64,000 nt of DNA, from assembly GCF_020564625.1 (NCBI RefSeq), contig NZ_JAJBZT010000002.1, forward strand, positions 387,141 through 451,140. The letters run 5' to 3'. Origin of the DNA: Leeia speluncae (lineage in GTDB: Bacteria > Pseudomonadota > Gammaproteobacteria > Burkholderiales > Leeiaceae). The notes beneath the pieces were generated by a model. That model was not told where the DNA came from, did not search any database, and saw only the letters and a program-made list of their open reading frames with translations. Made by a program: the position numbers and the translations under genes. How positions within the stretch are numbered: position 1 is the first letter of the stretch; each line of letters opens with the position of its first letter. This document shows, in pieces, positions 29,211 to 39,220 of this stretch.

Positions 29211-30094
29211 TGCTTAACCTGCGTTTTTGCTAGCTGTTGCTGCAAATAGATATATGACCCAACGACCGCATCTGCTTTTGCAGCAACAATTTTTGCCTGA
29301 TAACTAGGTGATAAACGCGTAACCAAACTTTCAGCCAGACCGCCGGCTAAGCAAATGGGCAATGAACCGCTAGGGTCTAGCGCCACTAAGTGGCGTTCTA
29401 TCTCTTTTGCCGCTGCATTTAAAATTGCATCTGCCTGCGGGTCCAGATGGGCTTGGCTAACCACAATGGGGGCTAGTTGGCCAAACTGGTGTTGACCAGC
29501 ACTAGCTAACCAAGTTTGAAACACGGCACGATGATCACCACAAAATGCCATGATGGCATTCGATAACGGCGAAGGAGGAAGTCGACCATCCATCACCTTC
29601 TGTAGTAACTGCGCGGCTTGCAATCCAATCCAAGCACCGCTTGCTTCATCGCCACTTGGAAATCCCCAGCCACCCACTTCTCGCACTTGGCCTTGCTGAT
29701 CCCATACTTCACCAGCACTACCGGTACCAGCAATCATTAATACACCGGGCTCACCATCATGCGCCCCTAGTAAGGCACTGTGCACATCATTCGTTAGCGT
29801 AATGAAACCAAACCCTGGCTGATGCGCCAAGAATGCTTTTGCCCATGGTTGGTGATGTACGCCAGATAACCCTAATCCTAAGGCAAACGTGGACCATTTT
29901 GCCTCGGCAATACCTGCTTCTGCGGCTGCATCGGTTAACAGCGTTAAGATCGTATGCCAAGCTTGGTCTACCCCCTGCCCTAAAGCAGAGGGGCCACCCA
30001 CTACGCGCGCAAGTAAGGTGCCATCTAGTTGATAGAGGGCAAGCCTCGTAGATGAACCACCCCCATCTACTGCTACCAAATAATTTATCGACAT
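29207..30094 (-). CDS. BadF/BadG/BcrA/BcrD-type ATPase, probable N-acetylglucosamine kinase
   Basis: N-terminal LVAVDGGGSSTR actin-fold kinase motif. The gene is translationally coupled to nagA. Confidence 0.65.
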   Translation of the reverse strand: MSINYLVAVDGGGSSTRLALYQLDGTLLARVVGGPSALGQGVDQAWHTILTLLTDAAAEAGIAEAKWSTFALGLGLSGVHHQPWAKAFLAHQPGFGFITLTNDVHSALLGAHDGEPGVLMIAGTGSAGEVWDQQGQVREVGGWGFPSGDEASGAWIGLQAAQLLQKVMDGRLPPSPLSNAIMAFCGDHRAVFQTWLASAGQHQFGQLAPIVVSQAHLDPQADAILNAAAKEIERHLVALDPSGSLPICLAGGLAESLVTRLSPSYQAKIVAAKADAVVGSYIYLQQQLAKTQVKQ

Positions 30095-30171
30095 GCTAAT
30101 TCGTCTTTATTTCAGAGATGGGCGCCAGCATACGCTATCCATCGCCAACGCCCAATACCCACGCTATACGT

Positions 30172-31398
30172 CTAGCCTTTCACACAAACCACTTGCCTTA
30201 ATGTATGCACAATTTCTACTAAATCTCGTTGGGCATGCATCACCGCGTCAATATCCTTATACGCCATCGGAATTTCATCAATTACATCTGCATCTTTCCG
30301 ACATTCCACATGCTTCGTGGCGGCAATTTGATCTTCGACGGTGAATTTCTTTTTCGCTTGCGTACGGCTCATTACCCGACCAGCGCCGTGGCTACAGGAA
30401 CAAAATGCTTCTTCGTTTCCTAACCCTCTCACAATAAAGCTTTTCGCCCCCATCGACCCCGGTATAATTCCCAATTGCCCTTTTTGCGCAGAAACAGCCC
30501 CTTTTCTTGTCACCAATACCTCTTGTCCAAAATGCGTTTCTTTTTGCACATAGTTATGGTGGCAATTCACGGCTTCCACTGTCGCATCAAATGGTTTTTT
30601 AATTACCTGCTTTAACGCGGCAATCACGTTTTGCATCATCACCATCCGGTTTCGCCGGGCATAATCTTGCGCCCACCCTACGGCTTCTACATAGTCGTTG
30701 TAGTGTTGGCTACCTTCTTCAAAATAGGCCAAATCCCGATTGGGTAAATTGGCGATATGTTGTCGCATATCCGCTTGGGCAAGTTCGATAAAGTGGTTAC
30801 CGATGGCATTCCCCACGCCTCTCGATCCGCTATGGAGCATAATCCACACCCGGTTTTGCTCATCTAGGCACAGTTCAATAAAGTGGTTCCCCGTTCCTAA
30901 GGTACCCAAATGCTTATAGTGGTTGGTCTTTTCTAAATGCGGATACTTTTGCGTAATGGCTTTAAATCCAGGTAGCAAAGCGGCCCACATGGCATCGACT
31001 TCTGATCCCGGATCAGACCACGCCCCTTTATCCCGCCCGCCCGGCGTTCTTCCATGCGGTACGGCTGTTTCTATGGCAGACCGAATCTGATACAAATGAT
31101 CGGGTAAATCACTGGCGGTTAAGGTGGTGCACGCCGCCATCATTCCACAACCAATATCCACACCAACTGCAGCGGGGATAATGGCTCCCTTGGTTGGAAT
31201 CACGCTACCAATCGTAGAACCTTTTCCCAAGTGCACATCTGGCATCACCGCCATGTGTTTAAAAATAAATGGCATTTTTGCGGTATCCATCAATTGCTTT
31301 TGTGCATCGAGTTCAACCGGTACACCATCCGTCCACATTTTGATGGCCTTCCCTTTTTCAGACTGTAATACTTGATATGTCATTTTTAATTCTTTCAT
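30172..31398 (-). CDS. rtcB: RNA-splicing ligase RtcB (3'-phosphate/5'-hydroxyl RNA ligase)
   Basis: Near-collinear with E. coli RtcB (MWTDGVPVE...PDVHLGKGSTIGSVIPT...CHHNYV...CSHGAGRVMSR). Confidence 0.9.
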   Translation of the reverse strand: MKELKMTYQVLQSEKGKAIKMWTDGVPVELDAQKQLMDTAKMPFIFKHMAVMPDVHLGKGSTIGSVIPTKGAIIPAAVGVDIGCGMMAACTTLTASDLPDHLYQIRSAIETAVPHGRTPGGRDKGAWSDPGSEVDAMWAALLPGFKAITQKYPHLEKTNHYKHLGTLGTGNHFIELCLDEQNRVWIMLHSGSRGVGNAIGNHFIELAQADMRQHIANLPNRDLAYFEEGSQHYNDYVEAVGWAQDYARRNRMVMMQNVIAALKQVIKKPFDATVEAVNCHHNYVQKETHFGQEVLVTRKGAVSAQKGQLGIIPGSMGAKSFIVRGLGNEEAFCSCSHGAGRVMSRTQAKKKFTVEDQIAATKHVECRKDADVIDEIPMAYKDIDAVMHAQRDLVEIVHTLRQVVCVKG

Positions 31399-31427
31399 TT
31401 CTTCTTGTTATTAACTGTATTTGCTTA

Positions 31428-32573
31428 CTAACCAATCTTTACTAAACCGTTGAGTACCTGATCCAAACCACCATACACCGCAAATTTATCAATCCGATTG
31501 GCAATTCGCTCCAAGGTTTCCAATTCTTTTAACCGCATCGTGACGGGGTTTTCTTCCATTAATTTGGCGGTATTTAGCATGGTTCGCGTATTTGCCGCTT
31601 CTTCCCGTCGACGGATCACATTGGCTTCTGCCGCTTTTTCCGCCTCCACCACTTGTGCCATCAAGGTCTTCATTTCTCCCGGCAAGATAATATCTTTGAT
31701 ACCGACGCGCGATAGCTCAATCCCCATTTCCCCCGGTAAGGTATTAAACCGGGCTGCAATCAGTTGATCTAGCGCTTGTTTGTCCTCTAACAACTGATCA
31801 AGGGTTCGTGTCGCCACTAATTCACGCAAAATAAACTGCAATTCACGATACAAGTAATCGGCTGGCTTCGCATTTTTTTCATAGGCCAACAGAAGATCCG
31901 TCAGTTGCCAGATGGCAGTCAAATTGATCCGTAGGTTTACTTTGTCTTTGGTTAAAATTTCTTGCCCATTGATTTCTAGTGCCTGCATCCGGGTATCAAC
32001 CATATCTACGGTAATATCGCGGTTAAATTGCCAAAATCCATGCAAACCAGCCGATAATAACTCGACCACTTTTCCGTTTACCCGCAACACCCCTTGCGCA
32101 TAGGCTGGTACAGTCACCTGCAAAATTCCGCCCAACCCTTCAATCGCATGCGCACGCAGAGAGGGCTTGGTTAGTATCGTTAATACATCAGCCGATACTT
32201 TTAGCTCAGTTAACGCCACGTAGGCAAAACGCTGAGACTTTAACCCTTTCCAATATAAGCGCTTGGCAGAAGGAGGAATGATTTCAACCAATGCATCGTC
32301 TTCGTATCGTAAGCCGACAGCTTGGATATCTGTCGTCAGCGCGTCAAAATGCGTTTCCACAACCTGCGGTTCATATCGACGTAAGTAATCGGCTAATGGA
32401 TGGACAAACTTAGCAGAATGGATATCCACAATCTGCACGGTATAGCGATTTTTCAAATCCCAACGTGTATGTTCACCAGGTAATAAAATCGAATCAAAAT
32501 CCCCGTCTTTGAACAAGATGCCCCGCTCATGTTTTTTTACATGCCACATTTTTTTGGTAAATTTCCATTTCAT
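31428..32573 (-). CDS. SPFH/band-7 (slipin-like) domain protein without N-terminal TM anchor, co-oriented with rtcB
   Basis: Central SPFH core (QEILTKDKVNLRINLTAIWQLTD) and a C-terminal coiled, Ala/Glu-rich stomatin-like tail. Confidence 0.7.
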   Translation of the reverse strand: MKWKFTKKMWHVKKHERGILFKDGDFDSILLPGEHTRWDLKNRYTVQIVDIHSAKFVHPLADYLRRYEPQVVETHFDALTTDIQAVGLRYEDDALVEIIPPSAKRLYWKGLKSQRFAYVALTELKVSADVLTILTKPSLRAHAIEGLGGILQVTVPAYAQGVLRVNGKVVELLSAGLHGFWQFNRDITVDMVDTRMQALEINGQEILTKDKVNLRINLTAIWQLTDLLLAYEKNAKPADYLYRELQFILRELVATRTLDQLLEDKQALDQLIAARFNTLPGEMGIELSRVGIKDIILPGEMKTLMAQVVEAEKAAEANVIRRREEAANTRTMLNTAKLMEENPVTMRLKELETLERIANRIDKFAVYGGLDQVLNGLVKIG

Positions 32574-32804
32574 TTTTTCAATCCTTTTTTACGAGCCGGC
32601 AGCATCGATCTGTTGCGAAGCGTCAGGAGGAGCGATGAGGGAATCTTTGTTTAGCCACACAGAACCATTTATTTGTGATGACTGCTCACACGGCTTGCTT
32701 CTGCATTGACGGCACAAAGACTTGCTCATTACCCATCCGAACCCTCGGCGCGAGAACGGTAAAGTAATCCAACCCTTTACGTGCTGCCGGTTACTACTTC
32801 ATTT

Positions 32805-33015
32805 CATAGTGGAGCGGGAATCGAACCCGCGACAAACGATTGATAAGATCGTTGCTCTACCAGTTGAGCTTTCCATGTGTGGATAAGTAGGAATCGAACC
32901 TACATTTCACCTACCTAGGTATCCCGACTTTGCCAAGCAATGGTTCACGGCACAGCAAGCTCACGACCTTTTACAAAGGGAACTAACTGCCAGCGCGGGA
33001 TACAGACCCGCCACC
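32805..33015 (-). ncRNA. Tandem tRNA-like elements (two T-arm GGTTCGATTCC units plus a D-arm GCTCAACTGGTAGAGC) in the sigma-54-transcribed leader of the SPFH-rtcB operon; candidate Y-RNA-like tRNA mimics, not canonical tRNAs
   Basis: The minus strand reads ...GCTCAACTGGTAGAGC-AACGATCTTATCAATCGTT-TGTC-GCGGGTTCGATTCCCGC-TCCAC... and ...GTAGGTTCGATTCCTAC... The acceptor stems pair poorly, the anticodon-like loop CTTATCA is unusual, and no CCA is encoded. Confidence 0.45.
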
Positions 33016-33050
33016 GCTAGTGAGCCATTGTTTCTCTTGGCAACCTTCTT

Positions 33051-33070
33051 TATGCGATAGGCGTGCCAGC
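33051..33070 (-). promoter_or_regulatory. Sigma-54 (-24/-12) promoter driving the tRNA-like-SPFH-rtcB transcript
   Basis: The minus strand reads CTGGCACGCCTATCGCAT, which fits TGGCAC-N5-TTGCW. An AT-rich region suitable for IHF or a UAS lies between it and rtcR. Confidence 0.5.
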
Positions 33071-33195
33071 CCCTTAAAATTTGCATTAAATATTTTTAAT
33101 TCATTGTTTTTATTGAATAAAATATATTTACCAAAAAGACCTCCTTGTCATGACAATAGAATTTATATATATTTATTTATAGTTATTTATAAAAA

Positions 33196-34797
33196 TTGAT
33201 AATCATGAAAAAACGTTTGGTGGTGATTGGATTTATTGGTAGTACATTAGATTTTGTTGGCAAGGGCAGTAAACGCTGGGATCGTTGGCGGCCAACCATT
33301 TCGCTTTGCCACCAACCCTCGCTGACAATCGATCGACTAGAGTTATTGCATGATATGCATAGTAAGAGGCTTGTTGAACGCACAAGGGATGACCTCCACC
33401 TTCTTTCCCCTAATACAGAAGTAAGAGCACACTTTAATCCATTGAAAAATCCATGGGATTTTGAAGAGGTCTATACCTCATTACATGACTTTGTACGTCA
33501 ATATCCATTTGACCCGGTCAATGAAGAGTATTTAGTCCATATCACTACAGGCACCCATGTCGCTCAGATTTGCTGGTATCTACTCACCGAAAGTCGTCAC
33601 ATCCCCGGCCGGCTAATCCAAACATCGCCTGCAAAGCAAGATGATCAACCAGCCGCCATGGGGAAATATGAAATCATCGATCTCGATCTAACCCGCTATG
33701 CCAAAATTGCGCATCGATTTAAAGAGGAACAAGCACAAACCTTTGCGCAATTAAAAGCGGGAATCGCCACACAAAACCCGGTGTTTAACCAGATGATCGA
33801 GCAAATTGAACAAATTGCTGGAAAATCTCGCGCCCCCATCTTGCTAACTGGCCCGACCGGTGCAGGGAAGTCATTTCTTGCCAAGCAAATTTTTCAACTC
33901 AAACAACAACGCCAGCGACTGTCTGGCAAGTTAATAGCAGTCAACTGCGCGACCTTGCGTGGCGATAGCGCCATGCCTGCACTATTTGGGCACATTAAAG
34001 GTTCTTTTACCGGTGCACTGCAAAACCGCCCGGGTTTATTAAAAGCGGCAGATGGCGGCGTTTTATTTTTAGATGAAATTGGCGAACTAGGATTAGATGA
34101 ACAAGCGATGTTGCTAAAAGCAATTGAAGAAAAGCGCTTTTACCCCTTTGGTAGTGACCATGAAACGACAAGTGATTTTCAACTGATCGCGGGGACAAAT
34201 CGCGATTTACTCAGTGAAGTAGCAGCAGGCCGCTTTAGAGAAGACTTACTCGCACGGATAAACCTTTGGTCATACGAACTCCCCGGTTTAGCACAACGCA
34301 AAGAAGACATTGCACCAAACCTTGCCTTTGAATTAGCCCGCGTCAGCCAAGAGTTGGGCGAGCAAGTTCGTTTTCATACCGAGGCAAAACAACGTTACCT
34401 TGCCTTTGCTACTCACCCCAGTGCCAAGTGGCTAGGTAATTTTCGAGAATTCGGAGCATCCATCACCAGAATGGCGACACTCGCCGAACAAGGACGAATC
34501 ACAGAGCGTATTGTAGAAACGGAAGTCACGCGGATGCAAAAGCAGTGGCATCGCCCGACGACAGATTTAGCGAGCATCTACTTGAAAGACGCAGCGGAAG
34601 CATTAGATGAGTTTGATCGTATTCAACTCAATGGCGTATTACGTGTATGTGAGTCGGCTGGCAGTTTATCCGACGCGGGGCGCCAATTATTTGCGGTCTC
34701 TCGTACACAAAAAAAGCAAGCCAACGATGCTGATCGGCTAAAAAAATACCTCGCCAAATTTGGCTTAGACTGGGAACGAATTCACCCAAGCATTTAA
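33196..34797 (+). CDS. rtcR: Sigma-54-dependent transcriptional activator RtcR (N-terminal CARF-like domain, AAA+ domain, HTH)
   Basis: Collinear with E. coli RtcR along its length (VVIGFIGSTLDF...HITTGTHVAQICW...GPTGAGKSF...GSFTGA...GGVLFLDEIGEL...). Confidence 0.9.
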   Translation: MIIMKKRLVVIGFIGSTLDFVGKGSKRWDRWRPTISLCHQPSLTIDRLELLHDMHSKRLVERTRDDLHLLSPNTEVRAHFNPLKNPWDFEEVYTSLHDFVRQYPFDPVNEEYLVHITTGTHVAQICWYLLTESRHIPGRLIQTSPAKQDDQPAAMGKYEIIDLDLTRYAKIAHRFKEEQAQTFAQLKAGIATQNPVFNQMIEQIEQIAGKSRAPILLTGPTGAGKSFLAKQIFQLKQQRQRLSGKLIAVNCATLRGDSAMPALFGHIKGSFTGALQNRPGLLKAADGGVLFLDEIGELGLDEQAMLLKAIEEKRFYPFGSDHETTSDFQLIAGTNRDLLSEVAAGRFREDLLARINLWSYELPGLAQRKEDIAPNLAFELARVSQELGEQVRFHTEAKQRYLAFATHPSAKWLGNFREFGASITRMATLAEQGRITERIVETEVTRMQKQWHRPTTDLASIYLKDAAEALDEFDRIQLNGVLRVCESAGSLSDAGRQLFAVSRTQKKQANDADRLKKYLAKFGLDWERIHPSI

Positions 34798-35930
34798 GGA
34801 GAAACGGTGCCATCACTATGAAATGGCGCTCGCTCAGCGAGCTCATCTAAATAGTGCCCAATACCTTGCCGCTCGTGGTTGAGGAATCGGCTAACTGCAT
34901 TAGATAAGCCCTCATGGCGTAACCAATGCCAGCTGCTAGTTTCTACTGCTTCAAACCCTCTGGCGAGTTTATGCTCCCCTTGTGCGCCACCTTCAAAGAC
35001 CTGTAGGCCGCGCTCAATCGCAAACTCAATGCCTTGGTGATAACACAGTTCAAAATGCAAAGAAGGCAACCAAGCAACCGATCCCCAATAGCGCCCATAT
35101 AAGCGAGTACGATCATATAAATTCAGCGCCGCCGCAACGGGTTTCCCTTGATGGTACGCCAGCACCAGCAAACAATTATCTGCCATTTTCTCTCCCAATA
35201 ACAGGAAGAATTCAGGTGTTAAGTACGGTGTAGATCGATGGGCTAAGTAGGTTTCTTGATAGCAACGATAGAAAAATTGCCAATCTTCGGGCGTAATCGC
35301 CGCACCCGTTTTTCGGATAATCTCGACCCCATCAAATTGCGCTTTTTTGCGTTCCTGTTTTAGCTTCTTCCGCTTTTCACTTCGTAGGGTAGAAAGAAAG
35401 TCTTCATAATCCCTGTACCCACGATTCACCCAATGAAACTGCACCCCTTTACGGGTCAACCACCCGCGTTCGAGCAAATCCGCTTCGGGCGCATCATCAG
35501 CAAACAGCAAATGCCAGCCAGAGAGCTCATTCTCTTCGGCAAATTGCATCACGCCATCAATTAGTAAGCATTGGTGTGATTGGTCTTCAGCCATTATCCG
35601 GTGTCCGGTCACCGGCGTAAAAGGAATCGCAGAGAGTAGTTTTGGGTAATAAGGAATACCGGCTTGCTGGCAGGCATTCGCCCACGCCCAATCAAATACA
35701 TATTCGCCATAAGAATGGCTCTTAAGATAGAGCGGCATCGCTGCCTTTAAGGCACCTTGCTCACTCAGCGTGACATGCGCCACTTGCCAACCGGCAGCTT
35801 GCCCCACACTTTGTGAGGTCTCTAAAGCATGGAGAAAAGCGTGCTGCAAAAAGGGTTGATCTTCTGCCAGTGCATTCCATTTCTCTTCAGATACGGAAGC
35901 AATTGAAGACACCATTTCTAGTTGCATCAC
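34794..35930 (-). CDS. FemAB-like / DUF482 GNAT-fold acyltransferase-family protein
   Basis: A 378-aa protein with a BioF2/FemAB-like fold signature. It overlaps the rtcR stop by 4 nt, convergently. Confidence 0.45.
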   Translation of the reverse strand: MMQLEMVSSIASVSEEKWNALAEDQPFLQHAFLHALETSQSVGQAAGWQVAHVTLSEQGALKAAMPLYLKSHSYGEYVFDWAWANACQQAGIPYYPKLLSAIPFTPVTGHRIMAEDQSHQCLLIDGVMQFAEENELSGWHLLFADDAPEADLLERGWLTRKGVQFHWVNRGYRDYEDFLSTLRSEKRKKLKQERKKAQFDGVEIIRKTGAAITPEDWQFFYRCYQETYLAHRSTPYLTPEFFLLLGEKMADNCLLVLAYHQGKPVAAALNLYDRTRLYGRYWGSVAWLPSLHFELCYHQGIEFAIERGLQVFEGGAQGEHKLARGFEAVETSSWHWLRHEGLSNAVSRFLNHERQGIGHYLDELAERAPFHSDGTVSP

Positions 35931-35963
35931 ACCCTCCTCTTAGACATCACAGCCAGCGGCAAA

Positions 35964-36746
35964 TTAACGAGAAAAAGGAATTCGCTGATACCCCATTCGC
36001 TTCACAGCAAGTACTGGTAAGCGAATCATAAACTCAACCATTAAACGGAAGTGCATCCACGTTAATAATTTATTGTCTCGCCAGTAATTAAAGTGCGATA
36101 CCCCGCCCTCAGAAGCTTCAAAATATTTGACTGGCGCAGGGAAATTAATTGGCGGTACGCCATACCAGCAGAGCCTCACTACCGCTTCTGGGTCAAAATC
36201 AAACCGGCGCATCCACTTTTGGCGATGCATAATGTCTCGCAGGGCTGCCACTGGATAAATTCGGAAGCCAAATAAGGAATCCCCAACACCCATCCCCATG
36301 GTTTCTAAATTGGCCCACCAATTAGACACTTTCCGACCATTTACCCGTAAAGCGGGCGCGCTCGCATCAAATACAGGTTTGCCTAGCACCATGGCTTCTG
36401 GATGGGTTTGCGATGCCTGCATAAAAGCAGGAATCAGATCCGCCGGATGTTGGCCATCGGCATCCATACAGAGTGCATGAGTAAAACCTTGTTTGGCTGC
36501 TTCATCTAATCCAAACAATACTGCAGAACCTTTGCCGGCATTCTGGGGCAGTTCTAAAATGGTTAAGCCATCATCGTTTTTGGCCAGCTCGCGTAACCAT
36601 TCAGTACTGCCATCGGTACTACCATCCACGACAACCCATACCGGCGACCATACCTCGCGTGCGGCGCGAATCGTCTCCAAAATTTTCTTACCAGGGTTGT
36701 AACTAGGGATCAGCACCAAATGGGTTGCAGATGGCAAAGACGACAT
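35964..36746 (-). CDS. Family-2 glycosyltransferase (DPM1-like)
   Basis: GT2 motifs LIPSYNP...VVVDGSTDGS...DAD. Confidence 0.8.
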   Translation of the reverse strand: MSSLPSATHLVLIPSYNPGKKILETIRAAREVWSPVWVVVDGSTDGSTEWLRELAKNDDGLTILELPQNAGKGSAVLFGLDEAAKQGFTHALCMDADGQHPADLIPAFMQASQTHPEAMVLGKPVFDASAPALRVNGRKVSNWWANLETMGMGVGDSLFGFRIYPVAALRDIMHRQKWMRRFDFDPEAVVRLCWYGVPPINFPAPVKYFEASEGGVSHFNYWRDNKLLTWMHFRLMVEFMIRLPVLAVKRMGYQRIPFSR

Positions 36747-36760
36747 AATGCGCTTTCTTT

Positions 36761-37519
36761 TTATTTAGAACGAAGTTGGCGATCTAGCGTATACCGCAAA
36801 TCGATAAATTGTTGGTCTTGGTACAAATCTTGTAGCCGCTTTGTCGTTTCTGCCACCACACCACTGGCTTCAATTTCCTCACCAAGTTTCACTTGGTAAC
36901 ACACGGGAAATTGCGGTGGTTTCCAAATCGGCCAAGACTTGGTCAGGTAAGGTGAATTGGTATAAATAAACACTGGCAATAAATTCACTTTGGCTTTTTT
37001 GGCGATTAACGCCGCCGTACCATGAAAGGTATTCACCGGGGTTTCCGTCGTCCGCGTCCCTTCTGGAAACAGAAGTAAATGATCACCTGCTTTTACCTTG
37101 GCAATCGCCTCTCTAAGCATCCGCTCGGTATAGCGATTCGACACATAGCCCGCTAGTTTGGCACCTGCACCTAAGAAAAGGTTCGTTTCTAATCTGCCTT
37201 TCATGATACAGATCATCCGATTCACTCTGGACAACACTAAAAACGCATCAATCATTGCAGGGTGGTTGGGCACCACCACTAACCCTTTCCGGCGATTGAT
37301 TTCATCTAGCGCGGACAAATCGCAATACAACAAACCAAAGAACCGACAACCAGCAAAAAATATCCGGCAAATGCGGCTAATCGCAAACTGTACTAATCGG
37401 GCATGAAACGAATTAGGGAAAGGTAGTAAAGGCAATACAAGTGCATTTCCTATTAACAACATGCTCCCAAGCCAGAACAGCATCAGATAAAAGAGAACAA
37501 TTTGTAAAAGTCGGCGCAC
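36761..37519 (-). CDS. Lysophospholipid/1-acyl-glycerol-3-phosphate acyltransferase (PlsC-like)
   Basis: HX4D-type motif (PNHPAMIDAF) and FPEGTRT motif, with N-terminal TM helices. Confidence 0.75.
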   Translation of the reverse strand: MRRLLQIVLFYLMLFWLGSMLLIGNALVLPLLPFPNSFHARLVQFAISRICRIFFAGCRFFGLLYCDLSALDEINRRKGLVVVPNHPAMIDAFLVLSRVNRMICIMKGRLETNLFLGAGAKLAGYVSNRYTERMLREAIAKVKAGDHLLLFPEGTRTTETPVNTFHGTAALIAKKAKVNLLPVFIYTNSPYLTKSWPIWKPPQFPVCYQVKLGEEIEASGVVAETTKRLQDLYQDQQFIDLRYTLDRQLRSK

Positions 37520-37673
37520 GGTGTAAGAATTTTCGTTGGGGGTAAAGTTGTCTTTGCCGTGTAACCCAGATCTGCTATTAATCAGAAACTAATTTGAGCA
37601 AAAACAACAAGATGAAGCCCGCCGCGTAGCAGCGTGTTATGCCATTTTACTATATAATGCACCCCTCTCCAAA

Positions 37674-37955
37674 ATGTTAAATTCAGCACAGAACATGTTA
37701 AATTCTTTGGTTAAAAACTATCTGATCAACATCAAACAAAAAGATGCGGCCTTATTCGATAAGCCTGATTTGCAGATTGCAGACTTAGCGTTAGATTCAT
37801 TAGACATGGTCGAAATGCTGTTTGAAATTGAAGACAAATGTGGGTTCCAATTAGATGACCCAATGCGTTATTTGAAGATGTCTTACCAAGGCATGTTAGA
37901 CGACATCGAGAAACAAATTCGCGCCAATAATAATGGCGAAATGATTTCCCTTTAA
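37674..37955 (+). CDS. Acyl carrier protein
   Basis: Phosphopantetheine attachment motif LDSLDMVEM. Confidence 0.8.
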   Translation: MLNSAQNMLNSLVKNYLINIKQKDAALFDKPDLQIADLALDSLDMVEMLFEIEDKCGFQLDDPMRYLKMSYQGMLDDIEKQIRANNNGEMISL

Positions 37956-37975
37956 TTCGTTAAGGCTGGCTCAAC

Positions 37976-39220
37976 GTGGCGAAAGTACTGATCACCGGCA
38001 TCGGAGCCATCACCCCCATTGGTAATGATGCAAATTCCACCTTTGCATCTGCCATTGCAGGAAAAAGCGGCATCAAACAGCCGGATGGCAAAATGCATGA
38101 GTGGCTACCGAATTTAGTGGTAGCGCCATCCGAAAACCCACAGTCTTTACTTCCCCCCGCGTTTGCAGGGCTAGACCGCGCCGCCCAATTTGGCCTGGTT
38201 GCCGCGTTAGAAGCCATGCAACAAGCCAACATAGAAACCCCAACCGCAGATGCTCGTCGGTTTGGGGTATTTGTTGGGATTGGCTTTGGCGGTGCGCAAA
38301 CGGTGGATGGCGTATACGATAGACTGATTGCCGCCGCGAGCGCCAGCAAACCCTTGCCTGTCCTACATCCACTCTCTGTCCCCCGCATGATGGCCAATGC
38401 GCCAGCCGCAGCGTTATCGATGCACTTTGGTCTTAAAGGGCCCAGCAATACCTACTCGGTTGCCTGTGCCTCTTCGGCAATTGCGCTTGGTGAAGCCTTC
38501 CGAGCCATCAAACACGGTTATCTAGATGCTGCGATTGTGGTGGGCGCAGAAGCCATGCTGACCCCGGGTGCCATGCTTGCTTGGAACGCACTACGTGTGA
38601 TGGCGAAGCCAGACGCAACAGACCCTGCCACCAGTTGCAAACCTTTTTCAGCCAATCGCTGTGGGTTTGTGATGGGGGAAGGTGCCGGTGCGATCGTCTT
38701 AGAAGCGGAGCATCGCGCAATCACGAGAGGTGCTAACGTGATTGCGGAGGTCGCTGGTTATGGCTATAGCAGTGATGCGGCCCACCTCACCGCGCCTTCT
38801 TCCGAAGAACAAATTGTCGCGATGGAAATGGCACTTGCTGAGGCAGGTCTTCACGCATCGGACATTCAGTACTTGAATGCGCATGGCACCGCGACCCAAG
38901 CTGGCGACATTACCGAAACGGATTCGATCAAAGCCACCTTTGGCGCGCACACTGCCAATCTGCCGGTTAGTTCGACCAAAGCGCTACATGGTCACTTAAT
39001 TGGAGCAAGTGGTATTGTCGAGTTTCTAATTAGTGTGATGGCGATGAACCAAGGCATCTTGCCCCCAACGGCTCACCTCTCCGAGCCTGATGCAGCCTGT
39101 GATCTCGACTTTATTCCCAACACAGCAAGGAATACCGGGGCATTATCGGCAGTCATGTCGAACTCGTTTGCGTTTGGCGGAAGTAATGCGTCCCTGATTG
39201 CACGGAAATACTCCGCATGA
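37976..39220 (+). CDS. Beta-ketoacyl-ACP synthase (KAS I/II-like)
   Basis: Active-site C (YSVACASS) and HGTAT / HLIGASG His motifs. Confidence 0.85.
   Translation: MAKVLITGIGAITPIGNDANSTFASAIAGKSGIKQPDGKMHEWLPNLVVAPSENPQSLLPPAFAGLDRAAQFGLVAALEAMQQANIETPTADARRFGVFVGIGFGGAQTVDGVYDRLIAAASASKPLPVLHPLSVPRMMANAPAAALSMHFGLKGPSNTYSVACASSAIALGEAFRAIKHGYLDAAIVVGAEAMLTPGAMLAWNALRVMAKPDATDPATSCKPFSANRCGFVMGEGAGAIVLEAEHRAITRGANVIAEVAGYGYSSDAAHLTAPSSEEQIVAMEMALAEAGLHASDIQYLNAHGTATQAGDITETDSIKATFGAHTANLPVSSTKALHGHLIGASGIVEFLISVMAMNQGILPPTAHLSEPDAACDLDFIPNTARNTGALSAVMSNSFAFGGSNASLIARKYSA

Noticed and set aside
32805-33015. Two or three ordinary tRNA genes (one with a UAU-like anticodon) on the minus strand
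   Set aside because: The D- and T-arm sequences are textbook. However, the inferred acceptor stems pair at only about 4 of 7 positions, the anticodon loop CTTATCA has a pyrimidine at position 37, and no CCA is encoded. The elements sit inside an mRNA leader. I therefore treat them as tRNA-like mimics or pseudo-tRNAs pending covariance-model scoring.
32574-33060. tmRNA (ssrA) gene, a frequent island integration site
   Set aside because: The conserved tmRNA 5' end (GGGGCTGATTCTGGATTCGACGGG) and 3' end (CUCCACCA after a T-arm) are absent in either orientation.
33041-33060. A plus-strand sigma-54-like element TGGCAA-N5-TTTAT that could drive rtcR
   Set aside because: The -12 element is a poor match, and rtcR genes are normally sigma-70 transcribed. 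The minus-strand TGGCACG-N4-TCGCA aimed at rtcB is the better candidate.
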